64,000 bases of DNA from contig OZ076413.1 of NCBI GenBank assembly GCA_964187785.1, positions 47,988,001 through 48,052,000 of the forward strand, read 5' to 3'. The translations under genes were made by a program, and so were the position numbers. This DNA is from Amphiscolops sp. MND2022 (lineage: Eukaryota). Under the pieces are notes generated by a model. It was given only the letters and a program-made list of their open reading frames with translations. It ran no database searches and was not told where the DNA came from. Positions 25,101 to 39,126 of the stretch are shown in pieces. Numbering within the stretch: the stretch's first letter is position 1; each line of letters opens with the position of its first letter.

Positions 25101-28100
25101 CAACACTCTGAAATTCTGAAAGATTCTCAAAAGTTCTAGAACATTCTAACAATTGGATGAGTCGAAATATCGAAAATCAAGTAGCAGAAAATTGACGTTA
25201 TTTCAAGTTACAGATTTTGCACTGATGGGTACTCGCAAAAACAGCATTTGGGCAAGAACTCTCTTTTGGAGTTAGATCCTACCGGTGACGCGCTGACCTA
25301 TCCCAAAAAACTCCAAAATTCTTGTACTTTCTCAAAATTTCTAGAACATTCTAGAAGTTGGATGATTCGAAATATCGAAAGTCAAATTGCAGAAAAATGA
25401 CCTTGTTTCAAATTACAGATTTTGCACTAATGTGTACTCGCAACAACAATGCGTTTAAGCAAGGAGAACTCTTCTCTGGAGTTAAATCTTACCAGTGACG
25501 CGCTGGAGTATCCTACAACACTCTGAAATTCTGGAAGATTCTCAAAAGTTCTAGAACATTCTAGAAGTCGGATGAGTCGAAATGTCGAACGTCAAATTGC
25601 AGAAAATTGAGATTGTTTCAAGTTACAGATTTTGCACTGATGTGTACTCGCAAAAACAGCATTTGGGCAAGAACTCTCTTTTGGAGTTAGATCCTACCGG
25701 TGACGCGCTGGTCTATCCAAAAAATTCCGGAATTTTTGTACATTCTCAAAAATTCTAGAATATTCTAGAAGTCGGATGAGTCGAAATATCGAAAATCAAA
25801 TTGCAGAAAACTGACCATGTTTCAAGTTACAGATTTTGCACTGATGTGTACTCGCAATAACAGAGCTTTTAAGCAAGGAGAACTCTCCTTTGCAGTTAAA
25901 TCTTACCGGTGACGCGCTGGAGTATCCTACAACACTCGCAAACTCTGGAAGATTCTCAAAAGTTCAAGAACGCTCTAGAAGTCGGATGAGTCGAAATATC
26001 GAAAGTCAAATTGTAAAAAATGACCTTGTTTCAAATTACAGATTTTGCACTGATGTGTACTCGCAATAACAGAGCGTTTAAGCAAGGAGAACACTTTTTT
26101 GGAGTTAAATCTTACCGTTGACGCGCTGGAGTATCCTACAACACTCTGAAATTCTGAAAGATTCTCAAAAGTTCTAGAACATTCTAAAAATTTGATGAGT
26201 CGAAATATCGAAAGTGAAATTGCAGAAAATTGACATTATTTCAAGTTACAAATTTTGCACTGATGGGTACTCGCAAAAACAGAGCATTTGGGCAAGAACT
26301 CTCTTTTGGAGTTAGATCCTACCGGTGACGCGCTGACCTATCCCAAAAAACTCCAAAATTCTTGTACTTTCTCAAAATTTCTAGAACATTCTAGAAGTTG
26401 GTTGATTCGAAATATCGAAAGTCAAATTGTAGAAAAATGACCTTGTTTCAAGTTACAGGTTCTGCACTGATGTGTACTCGCAAAAACAGAGCGTTTAAGA
26501 AAGGAAAACTCTCCTTTGGAGTTAAATCTTACCGGTGACGCGCAGGAGTATCCTCCAACACTCGGAAACTCTGGAAGATTCTCAAAACAAAAATTCTAGA
26601 ACATTCCAGAAGTCGGATGCGTCGAAATATCGACAATCAAATTGCAGAAAAGTGACATTGTTTCAAGTTACAGGTTTGCACTGATGGGTACTCGCAAAAA
26701 CAGAGCATTTGGGCAAGAACTCTCTTTTGGAGTTAGATCCTACCGGTGACGCGCTGGTCTATCCCAAAAAACTTCGAAATTCTTGTACATTCTCAAAAAT
26801 TCTAGAACATTCTAGAAGTCGGATGAGTCGAAATATCGAAAGTCAAATTGCAGAAAACTGACCATGTTTCAAGTTACAGATTTTGCACTGATGTGTACTC
26901 GCAATAACAGAGCTTTTAAGCAAGGAGAACTCTTCTCTGGAGTTAAATCTTACCAGTGACGCGCTGGAGTATCCTACAACACTCTGAAATTCTGGAAGAT
27001 TCTCAAAAGTTCTAGAACATTCTAGAAGTCGGATGAGTCGAAATGTCGAACGTCAAATTGCAGAAAATTGAGATTGTTTCAAGTTACAGATTTTGCACTG
27101 ATGTGTACTCGCAAAAACAGAGCATTTGGGCAAGAACTCTCTTTTGGAGTTAGATCCTACCGGTGACGCGCTGGTCTATCCAAAAAATTCCGGAATTTTT
27201 GTACATTCTCAAAAATTCTAGAATATTCTAGAAGTCGGATGAGTCGAAATATCGAAAGTCAAATTGCAGAAAACTGACCATGTTTCAAGTTACAGATTTT
27301 GCACTGATGTGTACTCGCAATAACAGAGCTTTTAAGCAAGGAGAACTCTCCTTTGCAGTTAAATCTTACCGGTGACGCGCTGGAGTATCCTACAACACTC
27401 GCAAACTCTGGAAGATTCTCAAAACAAAAATTCTAGAACATTCCAGAAGGCGGATGCGTCGAAATATCGACAATCAAATTGCAGAAAAGTGACATTGTTT
27501 CAAGTTACAGGTTTGCACTGATGTGTACTCGCAAAAACAGAGCATTTGGGCAAGAACTCTCTTTTGGTGTTCGATCCTACCGGTGACGCGCTGGTCTATC
27601 CCAAAAAACTTCGAAATTCTTGTACATTCTCAAAAATTCTAGAACATTCTAGAAGTCGGATGAGTCGAAATATCGAAAATCAAATTGTAGAAAAATGACC
27701 TTGTTTCAAGTTACAGGTTTTGCACTGATGTGTGTTCGCAAAAACGAGCGTTTAAGAAAGGAGAACTCTCCTTTGGAGTTAAATCTTACCGTTGACGCGC
27801 AGGAGTATCCTCCACCACTCGGAAACTCTGGAAGATTCTCAAAACAAATATTCTAGAACATTCCAGAAGTCGAATGGGTCAAAATATCGACAGTCAAATT
27901 GCAGAAAAGTGACCTTGTTTCAAGTTACAGATTTTGCACTGATGTGTACTCGCAAAAACAGAGCATTTGGGCAAGAGCTCTCTTTTGGAGTTAAATCTTA
28001 CCGTTGACGCGCTGGAGTATCCTACAACACTCTGAAATTCTGGAAGATTCTCAAAACAAAAATTCTAGAACATTCCAGAAGTCGGATGAGTCGAAATATC

Positions 28101-31100
28101 GAAAGTCAAATTGTAGAAAAATGACCTTGCTTCAGGTTACAGATTTTGCACTGACGTGTATTCGCAATAACAGAGCGTTTAAGCAAGGAGAACTCTTTTT
28201 TGTAGTTAAATCTTACCGTTGACGCGCTGGAGTATCCTACAACACTCTGAAATTCTGAAAGATTCTCAAAAGTTCTAGAACATTCTAAAAATCGGATGAG
28301 TCGAAATATCGAAAGTCAAATTGCGGAAAATTGACATTATTCAAGTTACAGATTTTGCACTGATGGGTACTCGCAAAAACAGAGCATTTGGGCAAGAACT
28401 CTCTTTTGGAGTTTGATCCTACCGGTGACGCGCTGACCTATCCCAAAAACTCCAAAATTCTTGTACTTTCTCAAAATTTCTAGAACATTCTAGAAGTTGG
28501 ATGATTCGAAATATCGAAAGTCAATTTGTAGAAAAATGACCTTGTTTCAAGTTACAGGTTTTGCACTGATGTGTACTCGCAAAAACAGAGCGTTTAAGAA
28601 AGGAGAACTCTCCTTTGGAGTTAAATCTTACCGGTGACGCGCAGGAGTGTCCTCCAACACTCGGAAACTCTGGAAGATTCTCAAAACAAAAATTCTAGAA
28701 CATTCCAGAAGTCGGATGCGTCGAAATATCGACAATCAAATTGCAGAAAAGTGACATTGTTTCAAGTTACAGGTTTGCACTGATGTGTACTCGCAAAAAC
28801 AGAGCATTTGGGAAAGAAATCTCTTTTGGAGTTCGATCCTACCGTTGACGCACTGGTCTATCCCAAAAAAATCCGAAATTTTTGTACATTCTCAAAAATT
28901 CTAGAATATTCTAGAAGTCGGATGAGTCGAAAAATCGAAAGTCAAATTGCAGAAAGATGACCTTGTTCCAAGTTACAGATTTTGCACTGATGTGTACTCG
29001 CAATAACAGAGCGTTTAAGCAAGGAGAACTCTCCTTTGGAGTTGAATCTTACCGGTGACGCGTTGCAGTATCCTACAACACTCGGAAACTCTGGAAGGTT
29101 CTCAAAAATTCAAGAACATTCTAGAAGTCAGATGAGTCGAAAAATCGAAAGTCAAATTGTAGAAAAATGACCTTGTTTCAAATTACAGGTTTTGCACTAA
29201 TGTGTACTCGCAATAACAATGCGTTTAAGCAAGGAGAACTCTTCTCTGGAGTTAAATCTTACCAGTGACGCGCTGGAGTATCCTACAACACTCTGAAATT
29301 CTGGAAAATTCTCAAAAGTTCTAGAACATTCTAGAAGTCGGATGAGTCGAAATGTCGAACGTCAAATTGTAGAAAATTGAGATTGTTTCAAGTTACAGAT
29401 TTTGCACTGATGTGTACTCGCAAAAACAGAGCATTTGGGCAAGAACTCTCTTTTGGAGTTAGATCCTACCGGTGACGCGCTGGTCTATCCAAAAAATTCC
29501 GGAATTTTTGTACATTCTCAAAAATTCTAGAATATTCTAGAAGTCGGATGAGTCAAAATATCGAAAATCAAATTGCAGAAAACTGACCATGTTTCAAGTT
29601 ACAGATTTTGCACTGATGTGTACTCGCAATAACAGAGCTTTTAAGCAAGGAGAACTCTCCTTTGCAGTTAAATCTTACCGGTGACGCGCTGGAGTATCCT
29701 ACAACACTTGCAAACTCTGGAAGATTCTCAAAAGTTCAAGAACATTCTAGAAGTCGGATGAGTCGAAATATCGAAAGTCAAATTGTAAAAAATGACCTTG
29801 TTTCAAATTACAGATTTTGCACTGATGTGTACTCGCAATAACAGAGCGTTTAAGCAAGGAGAACACTTTTTTGGAGTTAAATCTTACCGTTGACGCGCTG
29901 GAGTATCCTACAACACTCTGAAATTCTGAAAGATTCTCAAAAGTTCTAGAACATTCTAACAATTGGATGAGTCGAAATATCGAAAGTCATATAGCAGAAA
30001 ATTGACATTATTTCAAGTTACAGATTTTGCACTGATGGGTACTCGCAAAAACAGAGCATTTGGGCAAGAACTCTCTTTTGGAGTTAGATCCTACCAGTGA
30101 CGCGCTGACCTATCCTTAAAAACTCCAAAATTCTTGTACTTTCTCAAAATGTCTAGAACATTCTAGAAGTTGGATGATTCGAAATATCGAAAGTCAAATT
30201 GTAGAAAAATGACCTTGTTTCAAGTTACAGGTTCTGCACTGATGTGTACTCGCAAAAACAGAGCGTTTAAGAAAGGAGAACTCTCCTTTGGAGTTAAATC
30301 TTACCGGTGACGCGCAGGAGTATCCTCCAACACTCGGAAACTCTGGAAGATTCTCAAAACAAAAATTCTAGAACATTCCAGAAGTCGGATGCGTCGAAAT
30401 ATCGACAATCAAATTGAAGAAAAGTGACATCTTTTCAAGTTACAGGTTTGCACTGATGTGTACTCGCAAAAACAGAGCATTTGGGCAAGAACTCTCTTTT
30501 GGAGTTCGATCCTACCGGTGACGCGCTGGTCTATCCCAAAAAACTTCGAAATTCTTGTACATTCTCAAAAATTCTAGAACATTCTAGAAGTCGGATGGTT
30601 CGAGATATCGACAGTCAAATTGCAGAAAAGTGACATTGTTTCAAGTTACAGATTTTGTACAGATGTGTACTCGCAAAAACAGAGCATTTGGGCAAGAACT
30701 CTCTTTTGGAGTTAAATCTTACCGTTGACGCGCTGGAGTATCCTACAACACTCTGAAATTCTGGAAGATTCTCAAAACAAAAATTCTAGAACATTCCAGA
30801 AGTCGGATGAGTCGAAATATTGAAAGTCAAATTGTAGAAAAATGACCTTGCTTCAAGTTACAGATTTTGCACTGACGTGTATTCGCAATAACAGAGCGTT
30901 TAAGCAAGGAGAACTCTTTTTTGTAGTTAAATCTTACCGTTGACGCGCAGGAGTATCCTACAAAACTCGGAAACTCTGGAAGATTCTCAAAATTTCTAGA
31001 ACATTCTAGAAGTTGGATGAGTCTAAGTATCGAAAGTCCAATTGCAGAAAAATAACCTTGTTTCAATTTACACACTTTGCAATGATTTGTACTCACAATG

Positions 31101-31361
31101 ACAGAGCGTTTAAGCAAGGAGAACTCTCCTTTGGAGTTAAATCTTACCGGTGACGCGCTGGATTATCCAACAACACTCCGAAACTCTGGAACATTCTCAA
31201 AAACTCCAGAACATTCTAGAGGTCAGATGAATTGAAATATCGATTGTCAAATTGCAGGAAAATGACCTTGTTTCAAGTTAAAGATTTTGCATTGATGTGT
31301 ACTCGCAATAACAGAGCGTTTAAGCAAAGAGAACTCTCCTTTGGTGTTAAATCTTACCGGT

Positions 31362-31716
31362 TGTCATGATAAAATTATGATAATCTACAAAATATTGATT
31401 AGGAAACAGATACAGCCAATAAATGTTGTGAACCAATCAGAGGCCGACAACACCGAGATGGACAACGATACGATGAAGTGATTAAACAGAAGACCAGAAG
31501 ACTAATTTCTTATTTTAGGAAACACTCGAGTTAAAGGTTGTAAATTGTGTTTCTCTACTGTAATCTCTCTACTCTTCATCAACAATCATAAAACAAGTTT
31601 CTTCAACCAAACTTTGAGTAAAGGAAAACTACCCAGGCGAAATCTGAAGAACTAAACCAGATAAAAAAGGCTCGGTTTAAAATTCATAGTCGATTGCTCG
31701 GACCACCCTCATGACA
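31362..31716 (+). repeat. 5' LTR (355 bp)
   Basis: TGTCATGA...TCATGACA inverted termini; homologous to 62512-62875. Confidence 0.95.
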
Positions 31717-31733
31717 TGGTGAGAGGAGTCTCC
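31717..31733 (+). promoter_or_regulatory. Primer-binding-site-like sequence
   Basis: TGGTGAGAGGAGTCTCC directly follows the LTR CA end. TGG is complementary to tRNA CCA. The cognate tRNA is not identified. Confidence 0.7.
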
Positions 31734-31929
31734 TTTCCTGTTCACTCAGCTTCCTTGAATAACCGAAAAACACTAAATTTCTGAGCGAAACATATTTCTA
31801 GCTAGCAAAAAAGCTATGTTCACTTCCTAAACCTAAATACTCCTATCAAAAAATCATCTAAAACTCTGCAGAAAATCTACACTCTACATTGTTTCTTGAA
31901 AATCATATTTCTTCTAATAAAATTCAAAC

Positions 31930-33147
31930 ATGGCCGCTATTCAACCCTTTGTTAACCTCCAGCCTTTTAAAGGCACAGAAAAAGAAAATCCTAATGGATT
32001 TTTACGACAACTTGAAAGCTGTATTCAAGTTGCTGCTGTACCTAATGTTGATAGACATCGATACCTACACCTTCACCTGAAAGAAGGTGCGCTCATTTTG
32101 TTCGACCAACAAGAAGCAGCAGTTCGAGATGACTACGATCAAGCAGTAGCAGCCTCGCGTAATAGATACCAAAATGATCAGAGAATCCGTTTACAAAAAT
32201 TACCCTTCAGTTCGCGCAAAATGAAACTCTCCGAAGAAAGCTCTCAGGACTTCCTCACGAAGTTGCAATGATTGGCTTTAGAAGCCTATCCCAATGTTGA
32301 CGCAAGAGCCGCCGCAGGAGGACAACCTGCAATAGCCGCAGAAGATCGTGCTCAAGAAAGAACATGACGAGTGAGAGAAGCATTCAGTAATGGATTACCG
32401 CTGAAACGCTTCTTAATGACACAACCAGATGAAACTCCAATTGAGGAGTTATGCGCAAAAGCATCCCGCAGGGTGATTGTGGATCGTATTTACACGGAAA
32501 ATGACGGTACCGCCTTCGACGAACTTCAGCGTTTCTCCACAAATGACCCCTTAGCTGGAATTCATGAGATGTCAAAAGCCCAAGATGTTCTTAATCAAGA
32601 AACCGGAAAACAATCTGTCCACTGAATTGCAAGAATTGACTAAAACCATGCAACTTACCATCAACCAGCTAAATACGGCTCAATCTACAAACAATAACAC
32701 CAACAACAAAAACAACAACAACTACAACAAAAATAAGCAACAAAACTGGAACAAAAAAATGGTCCTCGTGGAAACAACCCTCGGAACTGGAAAAAAAATC
32801 AGCAAAACTGAAGAAACAACAATAACAATCAGCAGAATTGGCGACCACCAAACCCTAAATGGCAAAATCAAAAACCCAACTAGAATCAACAACGAAATAA
32901 TACTGCTCAATCAAGTCAAAAACACTGCAATTATTACAACAAGTTTGGTCATATACCCTCTCAATGCTGGTTTCGTCCACAACAACATCATCCTCCAGCT
33001 CTACCCTACACACAATACTCTGAACCGAACCTCACAAACTCGCAACCCATGAGGCAGCCTCAACCGATAGTACCCACCACTCAAATATCTACATACTGGA
33101 CACCCCACTATGACGCAAATCAACAAGCCTCCAATCCAAAAAACTAA
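31930..33147 (+). pseudogene. gag: gag, decayed, with N/Q-rich region and degenerate CCHC knuckle
   Basis: MAAIQPFVNLQPFKG...FLRQLESCI...VREAFSNGLP, with stops and frameshifts. The knuckle CNYYNKFGHIPSQC (32926-32967) has its second Cys changed to Tyr. The ORF ends ...SNPKN-stop at 33145-33147. Confidence 0.9.
33138..33147 (+). promoter_or_regulatory. -1 ribosomal frameshift slippery site (A AAA AAC) at the gag-pol junction
   Basis: The heptamer 33138-33144 sits directly before the gag TAA. The -1 frame (codons from 33144) is open into the protease ORF at 33192. Confidence 0.8.
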
Positions 33148-36100
33148 GTAAGTCACACATTGCCCATATTTCTCTTTCCTTATCTAATATTATGCCTAAC
33201 TCTTCACCCTTTATTAACATTCTTTCTTCAAAGCCTCGCACCTCACCTTTTTCCGTACCACTTAATTTTTCTTTCCCAGTCAAAGCTTTAATCAATACAG
33301 GTGCTTTCTCAAGCGCCATGCCAATAACCATACTCCAAAAATCACAACGTCTTTGTCCTAAAGCCATAACGAACTATAGTTTGGCCACAAGCTCTGTAAA
33401 AGTCGCTAATGGTGACTCTGTAACAACTTATGGTACTTTTCGAGCTCCTCTCAAAATTGCAGGTGAAACCTTCACCGAAACCTTCAATTCAATGCAAACC
33501 ATGATATAGACAACTTTGGGAGAACCATTTTTTGAGAAATAAGATTTTTCTATCGATCCGCGAACACGAACGCTCAAATTACTTATCATGATCTTACAGT
33601 TGACTGAGCCAATACACAAACATGGAAAATTAAGCTCTCTTACACCGAAGAAAAACCTTTTCTTACAATCTACAGAACACTACCGAAACAATCACATGTT
33701 CTATATCAGCTGAATCCTTCCCTGAAGGTACTGTAGGTAATGTGGAACCAAATCCGCGTTTTGAAAAGCAAACAGGACTTTGCGTTACAAGTGCAAAATT
33801 CAAATAGAGCAAGTTTTTCTTGGGATACTTAATATTTTGCCATACAAAGTAACAGCTGTAAAAAATGTTCCTGTTGCGGAAGTCACAATATTGACAGTCG
33901 AGCAAGCTCAATACCTGCATCCAATCAATCCTGAACTTCTTTCGCTCATTTTACCAAAAGTATTAACGGTCTCATTGTGTCGACTCTGAAACCAAATTAT
34001 ACGCATCAACAGATGAGTTTTAGTTTCCTACTCCGGAAAATTGCAAAGATCCACAAAATCTCACAGGAATTCATTATAAAATCTATGATGAAATTGTTTC
34101 CCTAAGAGAAAGAGAACAATTACAACCAGACAAAAACTAGAAGACAGAAGAAAATTTTGTCACAATTTTCGTGTTAGTCATTGGAGCAAATGAGGAATTT
34201 GAAGTGAATTTTCCCCTGAAAATGATGAGCCGATGTACACCTAGGGTTCACCGACCCCTATTCACTATCGCGATGGAGTTCTATTGGAATTGGCACTTTT
34301 ACAATCTCGGGGAGTGGTAAGGACCTTGAAGTACTCTAGGTGCTCAAGCCCAATTTTTGCCGTCCGTAAAACGTCGCGTAATTTGCGAATTTTGGTTGAT
34401 CTCATGCAACTTGATCACTTAATCAGGCATGATTATGATTATCACAATTTTCCAATAGCAACATTAGCAGATGTAAACGCACATCTCGCAGGAAAAAATA
34501 TTTTGCTAAATTGGATTTCAGTCAAGCTTATCATGTCTTACAAATGGCTGAAGAATTGTCAGTCCATTTGCTTGCTTTAACCTTTCGTTCAAGGACCTTT
34601 ACATGTTTGGGCTTAGCACAAGGACTAAGCCGCTCAGTTAGGGCCTTTAATTCTTTCATGCGAAGATACCCTTGTGTAGTTGCTGACCAGTGCTTTCAAT
34701 ATGTTGATGATCTACGCACTGCGCTAAAACCTTTGAAGAATTTATTGTCGACTTAGAAGCCATCTTTTTAAAGTATTAAACGAAAGTATCAGACTTTTTA
34801 GCCACTGTAAAACCTCGCAAAACAATAACGCAGATTCAACGATTGACTAGTTTTTTCCAATATTTTCGCTCACTCATTCCAAAACTTTGTGCAAAGCTGC
34901 TCCCTTTTTATCAATTGCTACGAAAAGAATCAGACAATGTCCTAACAGAAGAGCATCACAGAAGTATAGCTAATCTACGAAATGATATTGAACAAGCAAG
35001 CATGTCAAATGTCGCTTAGATTGCCTAAACCATATGCAAAATGGTAATTTTGACCGATGCTAGTTTTTACACAGCTGGATACGTCCCCTTAATTGAAGAC
35101 TACTCCATTGATCAAACAGGCAAAACTCATAAAACTAGTGTGCCAAACTCTTTTGATTCAAAGATTTTCACTCCAACGTACTTGAAGTTGTCCATATTTT
35201 CTGAGGAATTTTTAGCTGTGCATCTCTCATTTGATACATTTGCACACATTTTATGGGAAAGTTTCAAACCAGCTTCAGTCAGAGCTGATAATAAAAGCCT
35301 CACTAGATTTCTTCAAGCCAAAACCACTCCGTGAATCCTTTGAACCTGTGTGGATCACGTTTTGAATTTTAGGTTTGTGCTAGGTCATATACCAGGAAAA
35401 TCGAATGCAGCGGCAGATTATCTCTCCAGAATTCATATGCATCCACACACTAAACTTGAACTACGCTTTAATTCTAAAATATCCGTAGCTGATGTCAACC
35501 TCCGCATGGACATGCAGGTACCCCACAATTCTGTGAATTCATTCAAATTTGATTGCACTACTTTTACCCTTCCGACAAACCTCCGTGAATCTTCTCCTGA
35601 AATTAACGCCCTCCGTTCTCCAACCCATTGGATGACTTGGACCTTTCCGATAAATTGACACCCTTAAATTTGCATGAGGAACAACAAATTAGACTCGTAC
35701 TATCGTGGTTAGAAGAAGGCCCTCCTTCTGATTTTCCTCATATGTGTACGGAACTTTGAAAATGCATATCTCAAACACTTTGGCCGATTAGGAAATCACC
35801 ATGGTATTTTACACTGTAAATTCTTTGATGATACTGGCCGAAATTTGCTTCGCCAATACGTTGTTCCCACACATCAACGAAACTGAATTTTTCCTTAGAA
35901 CACCTAATAGCAAGTATGCAGGCCATCCTGGCTTTGCTATAACAGCAGAACTATTTCGTAAACATTTCTATTTCTCTGGCTTTGTTGAGTTTTTGGCTAA
36001 CTACGTAAAAATTGTAGTTCTTGTCTCCAAATCAAGCCCAATAAACACCAAGCGTTGAAACCACCGCTTTCATCCTTTGCGATTCACAAACACTACATAG

Positions 36101-38220
36101 GTCTAATGCTTCAAGTAGATCTAGTAGGTAAACTACCGGATTCCGCTGGCTACACGCAAATTCTCACAGCCAAAGACACTTTCAGTAAACATCTTTTTGC
36201 GACCCCTATGCGCAATGCTAGCGCACCGAATGTTGCAAAACAGTTATTCCACATTTTCATGCGATCAACCTACATGCCAAATGTTGTCCTTTTGGACATG
36301 GTAACAGCGTTCACCTCTCGTGTCATGACTGAATTAAGTCGCATACTAGAAATCAAATTGGAATATGCCACTGTAAATCATCCATGAACTGTTGGGTCCG
36401 TCGAGCGCTCTCATGCGTCTCTAAAACAATATCTTCGCATATATGAAAACAAGATCAAACGCGATTGGCACCTTTATGTAGATATCGCCGTGTTTGTACA
36501 TAATATGGCATACCATGCCTCAATTGGATGCACTGCAACATTTTTGTTCCATTGTAGACAATCGCATTTACAGTTCGATCTACGGTTTGATAACAAACTA
36601 TTGCAAACACTTGAAACACGTTATGATTTTAAAAGTACCCTCCGGAAGAAAATGAACGAAAAGTTCTCTCCAGCACGTGATGCTACAATCACTGCGCACA
36701 ACAAGTATCGGCACATTTACGACAGAAAGGCGTCGGCTGTCCCGTTGGAAAAACATACCTTTTGTTTACTTCTCAACCCAAAACTTTCAAATGCCAATGA
36801 CCATATGGGATAATCACTCACAAAATGGCTTCTTCTGTATAGAGTTGAATCTGTGCTAACGAACTCAAATTACATTGTCCGAAAGGTATGCACCAATTAC
36901 ACTCATTGTGTACACCGAATTAGATTTCGCCCAATCACCCCACAATATACAGTCGAAGGCCTTGATAATGTTAACCAGTCTAATTTAGTTCCTGATCCCT
37001 CTACTGGACAGGTTTCAGAACCTGCTCCTTTTGACCAGACTCTTCAAGACTTTTTGGCCGATCGAACCTCCTTTACGGCAGACAATGTTGACGATACGCC
37101 TGCCGTCGTCTTTTATCATGTTCCACGTCGCGTGCCACAGGCGCCACCTCTGGTCCACCGGAACTACCGGCACCGCAGGCTCGCCTGGTACCCCCTTCGG
37201 GTCTACCGCAGACTTTACATGCCCTACCTCAACCTGAAATCCTTCCTGACCGCGACTACCCACCATTAGAACACCATGGTGATCTCCCTCCCGTTATCTA
37301 TAAAGCTCGGCTTGATAATTCGACTGTCTCTTTAGAAGATCAACCTTACTACTCACATTCTGTCCCCTCCTCTTCAAAGAAAGCTCTTTTCTCGAAAATA
37401 TGTCCCATGCTTCATTTTTTCCTACCCTGGATACAACCTTCACTTCCGACGACATTTTCACCGTCGCCCAGCCGACTCCAGGTATAGCATCGACTATTAC
37501 TTTTTCTCCTCGTCGACCACCTCCAATGCATTCTACCCCTCTTTCTCGCCATACTTCATCTTCTTACCTTCCAAACACTTCTTGTTTGCCACAAAGTCTA
37601 GGACAGACCCCGACTTTAATCCAAGCTAGCTCGACCTCTGACCACTCTGAAGGTATACCAATATACATACCCGTTCATGAGAGTTCATCTTCTTCGTTTT
37701 CGGGATTTTCGGAAACCCTCATAAATCGAGCTCGCACCATAACCTCACCACTTCGAAAAGCCTCTGTTTTGGACAAAACACCCCTTTTTGACTTCTATAA
37801 TACTCCTACATGTTCATGTCACCTAATTCTCAACCTTATTATTTTCGCCCACCGCCATCGCGCATTCCTGCCCTACTACCCCCACACCTATAGCCCCCCC
37901 TTTTGGCTCAGAACCCTTCTGATCCCTTCCAGTTTCGATTGGTCCCTTTACCTCGTCCACCACAGCCTCCTGTGTCAGATCTCACAGATCCAACTGCCTT
38001 TGTGCGCGACTTTAATTCTACCTCTGGAGTCTCTCGTAATATTCATACTCCTACGACCCCATCAGTCAATACGATCCCTGCTACCGCTTCTTCTGATCGT
38101 CGTGACTCTAGTTTACGACCGAAACCTTGCCGCACATTCTTCTTTAACCCCAAACCATGGAAAGAAGCCCCTTATTTTTCCTTCAGTTTTTTTTTGCCTT
38201 TTTTCAATTTTTTTGGTTGA
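33144..38220 (+). pseudogene. pol: pol, decayed: protease, RT, RNase H, integrase and P/S/T-rich tail
   Basis: Protease ALINTGA (DTG changed to NTG at 33294). RT SSPIFAVRK, LRILVDL, LAQGLS and YVDDL. RNase H VILTDAS and DNKSL. Integrase HPGF and LQVDLVGKLP...KDTFSK...HP. Fragmented over many ORFs. Confidence 0.95.
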
Positions 38221-39126
38221 TTATTGCTATTTTTTTTACATTAGCTCTTCCAAGTGTACCCTTTTACGCCCTCAGCTCTCTAGCCTTCTGGTTTTGCTGT
38301 TGCTCCTAATACACCCACCTAAACCCCTATATTGCTCCTCTTTCATGGATTTTTTCCGCAAAAACTTTGGATTTTTTTAAATTGGTTGTTTTTTGACCGT
38401 TTTTGGACTAAATTTGTATCATAGTCCTCTCTTTGAACGTGAATGATACAGCGAGGTTACTGTGAGACTCCCCATTTCACCTAAATGTAGTAATCAGGCC
38501 TCCACGTCCCATAGCACACACTTTTACCTAGCCATTTTTCAACGAAAATAGGTCATTTTTTGACTCCTGAAAAATACGACCTTCAAAGACCCATAAAAAA
38601 CAGAATTTTCGGAATTTTGACGCCAGAAAATCGGTGAACACAGTTTTTTATAACAAACTTTTGATTTAGGCTAGAAAAAACTTGGGAAATCGAAAAAAAA
38701 ATTAAAAAGTTTTTCTGAGGGACTTTTTGGCCTTCCTATCACATATTGCTTTTTTTGTCAATTTTATGTCTTTTTCTCTAGTTTATGCGCCCGTAATTGC
38801 CACAAAATTTCTTTACTAACTCTATACGATATTCCTACGCATAAATACACTCCATGCCTAAGACTTTTATAGGTCTTTGACCCAGAAACATGTAAAATGT
38901 TTGCTATTTTTCGACTCTTTCAGATTTCTTCCAAATAAACGTGTCTTTTCTAACCTCTACGCTTGCTTTGAGCTACTTCCACAGGCTTCCTGCTGCACTC
39001 ACGCTTTTACCCACAACAGGCCCTCGCACCTTTACTGATGTCTGTTCTCTGATGAAAACATGAATGTTTTCCCAAAATACCTTAGGATCGCTTACTAACT
39101 CTCTATGTAATATCGTTATTACTTAC

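Larger units (their letters stand above)
19610..31361. repeat. Satellite array, ~206-215-bp monomer, roughly 50+ copies, two monomer types
   Basis: TGCACTGAT recurs at 19641, 19847, 20060, 20270, 20477, 20692 and onward. Type A has GCATTTGGGCAAGAAC...AGATCCTACC...GGTCTATCCC. Type B has GCGTTTAAGCAAGGAG...AAATCTTACC...GGAGTATCCT. Confidence 0.98.

Noticed and set aside
19673-31117. Many repeated 70-170-aa ORFs (MTRRSILQHSETLED..., MELNLT...)
   Set aside because: Translations of satellite monomers and the MITE; they recur with the repeat period.
37400-38380. 326-aa S/P/T-rich ORF (and 42578-43372) as an env-like or novel gene
   Set aside because: It overlaps the low-complexity pol tail in shifting frames. 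The hydrophobic end comes from T-rich non-coding sequence. No signal peptide or fusion motif is seen.
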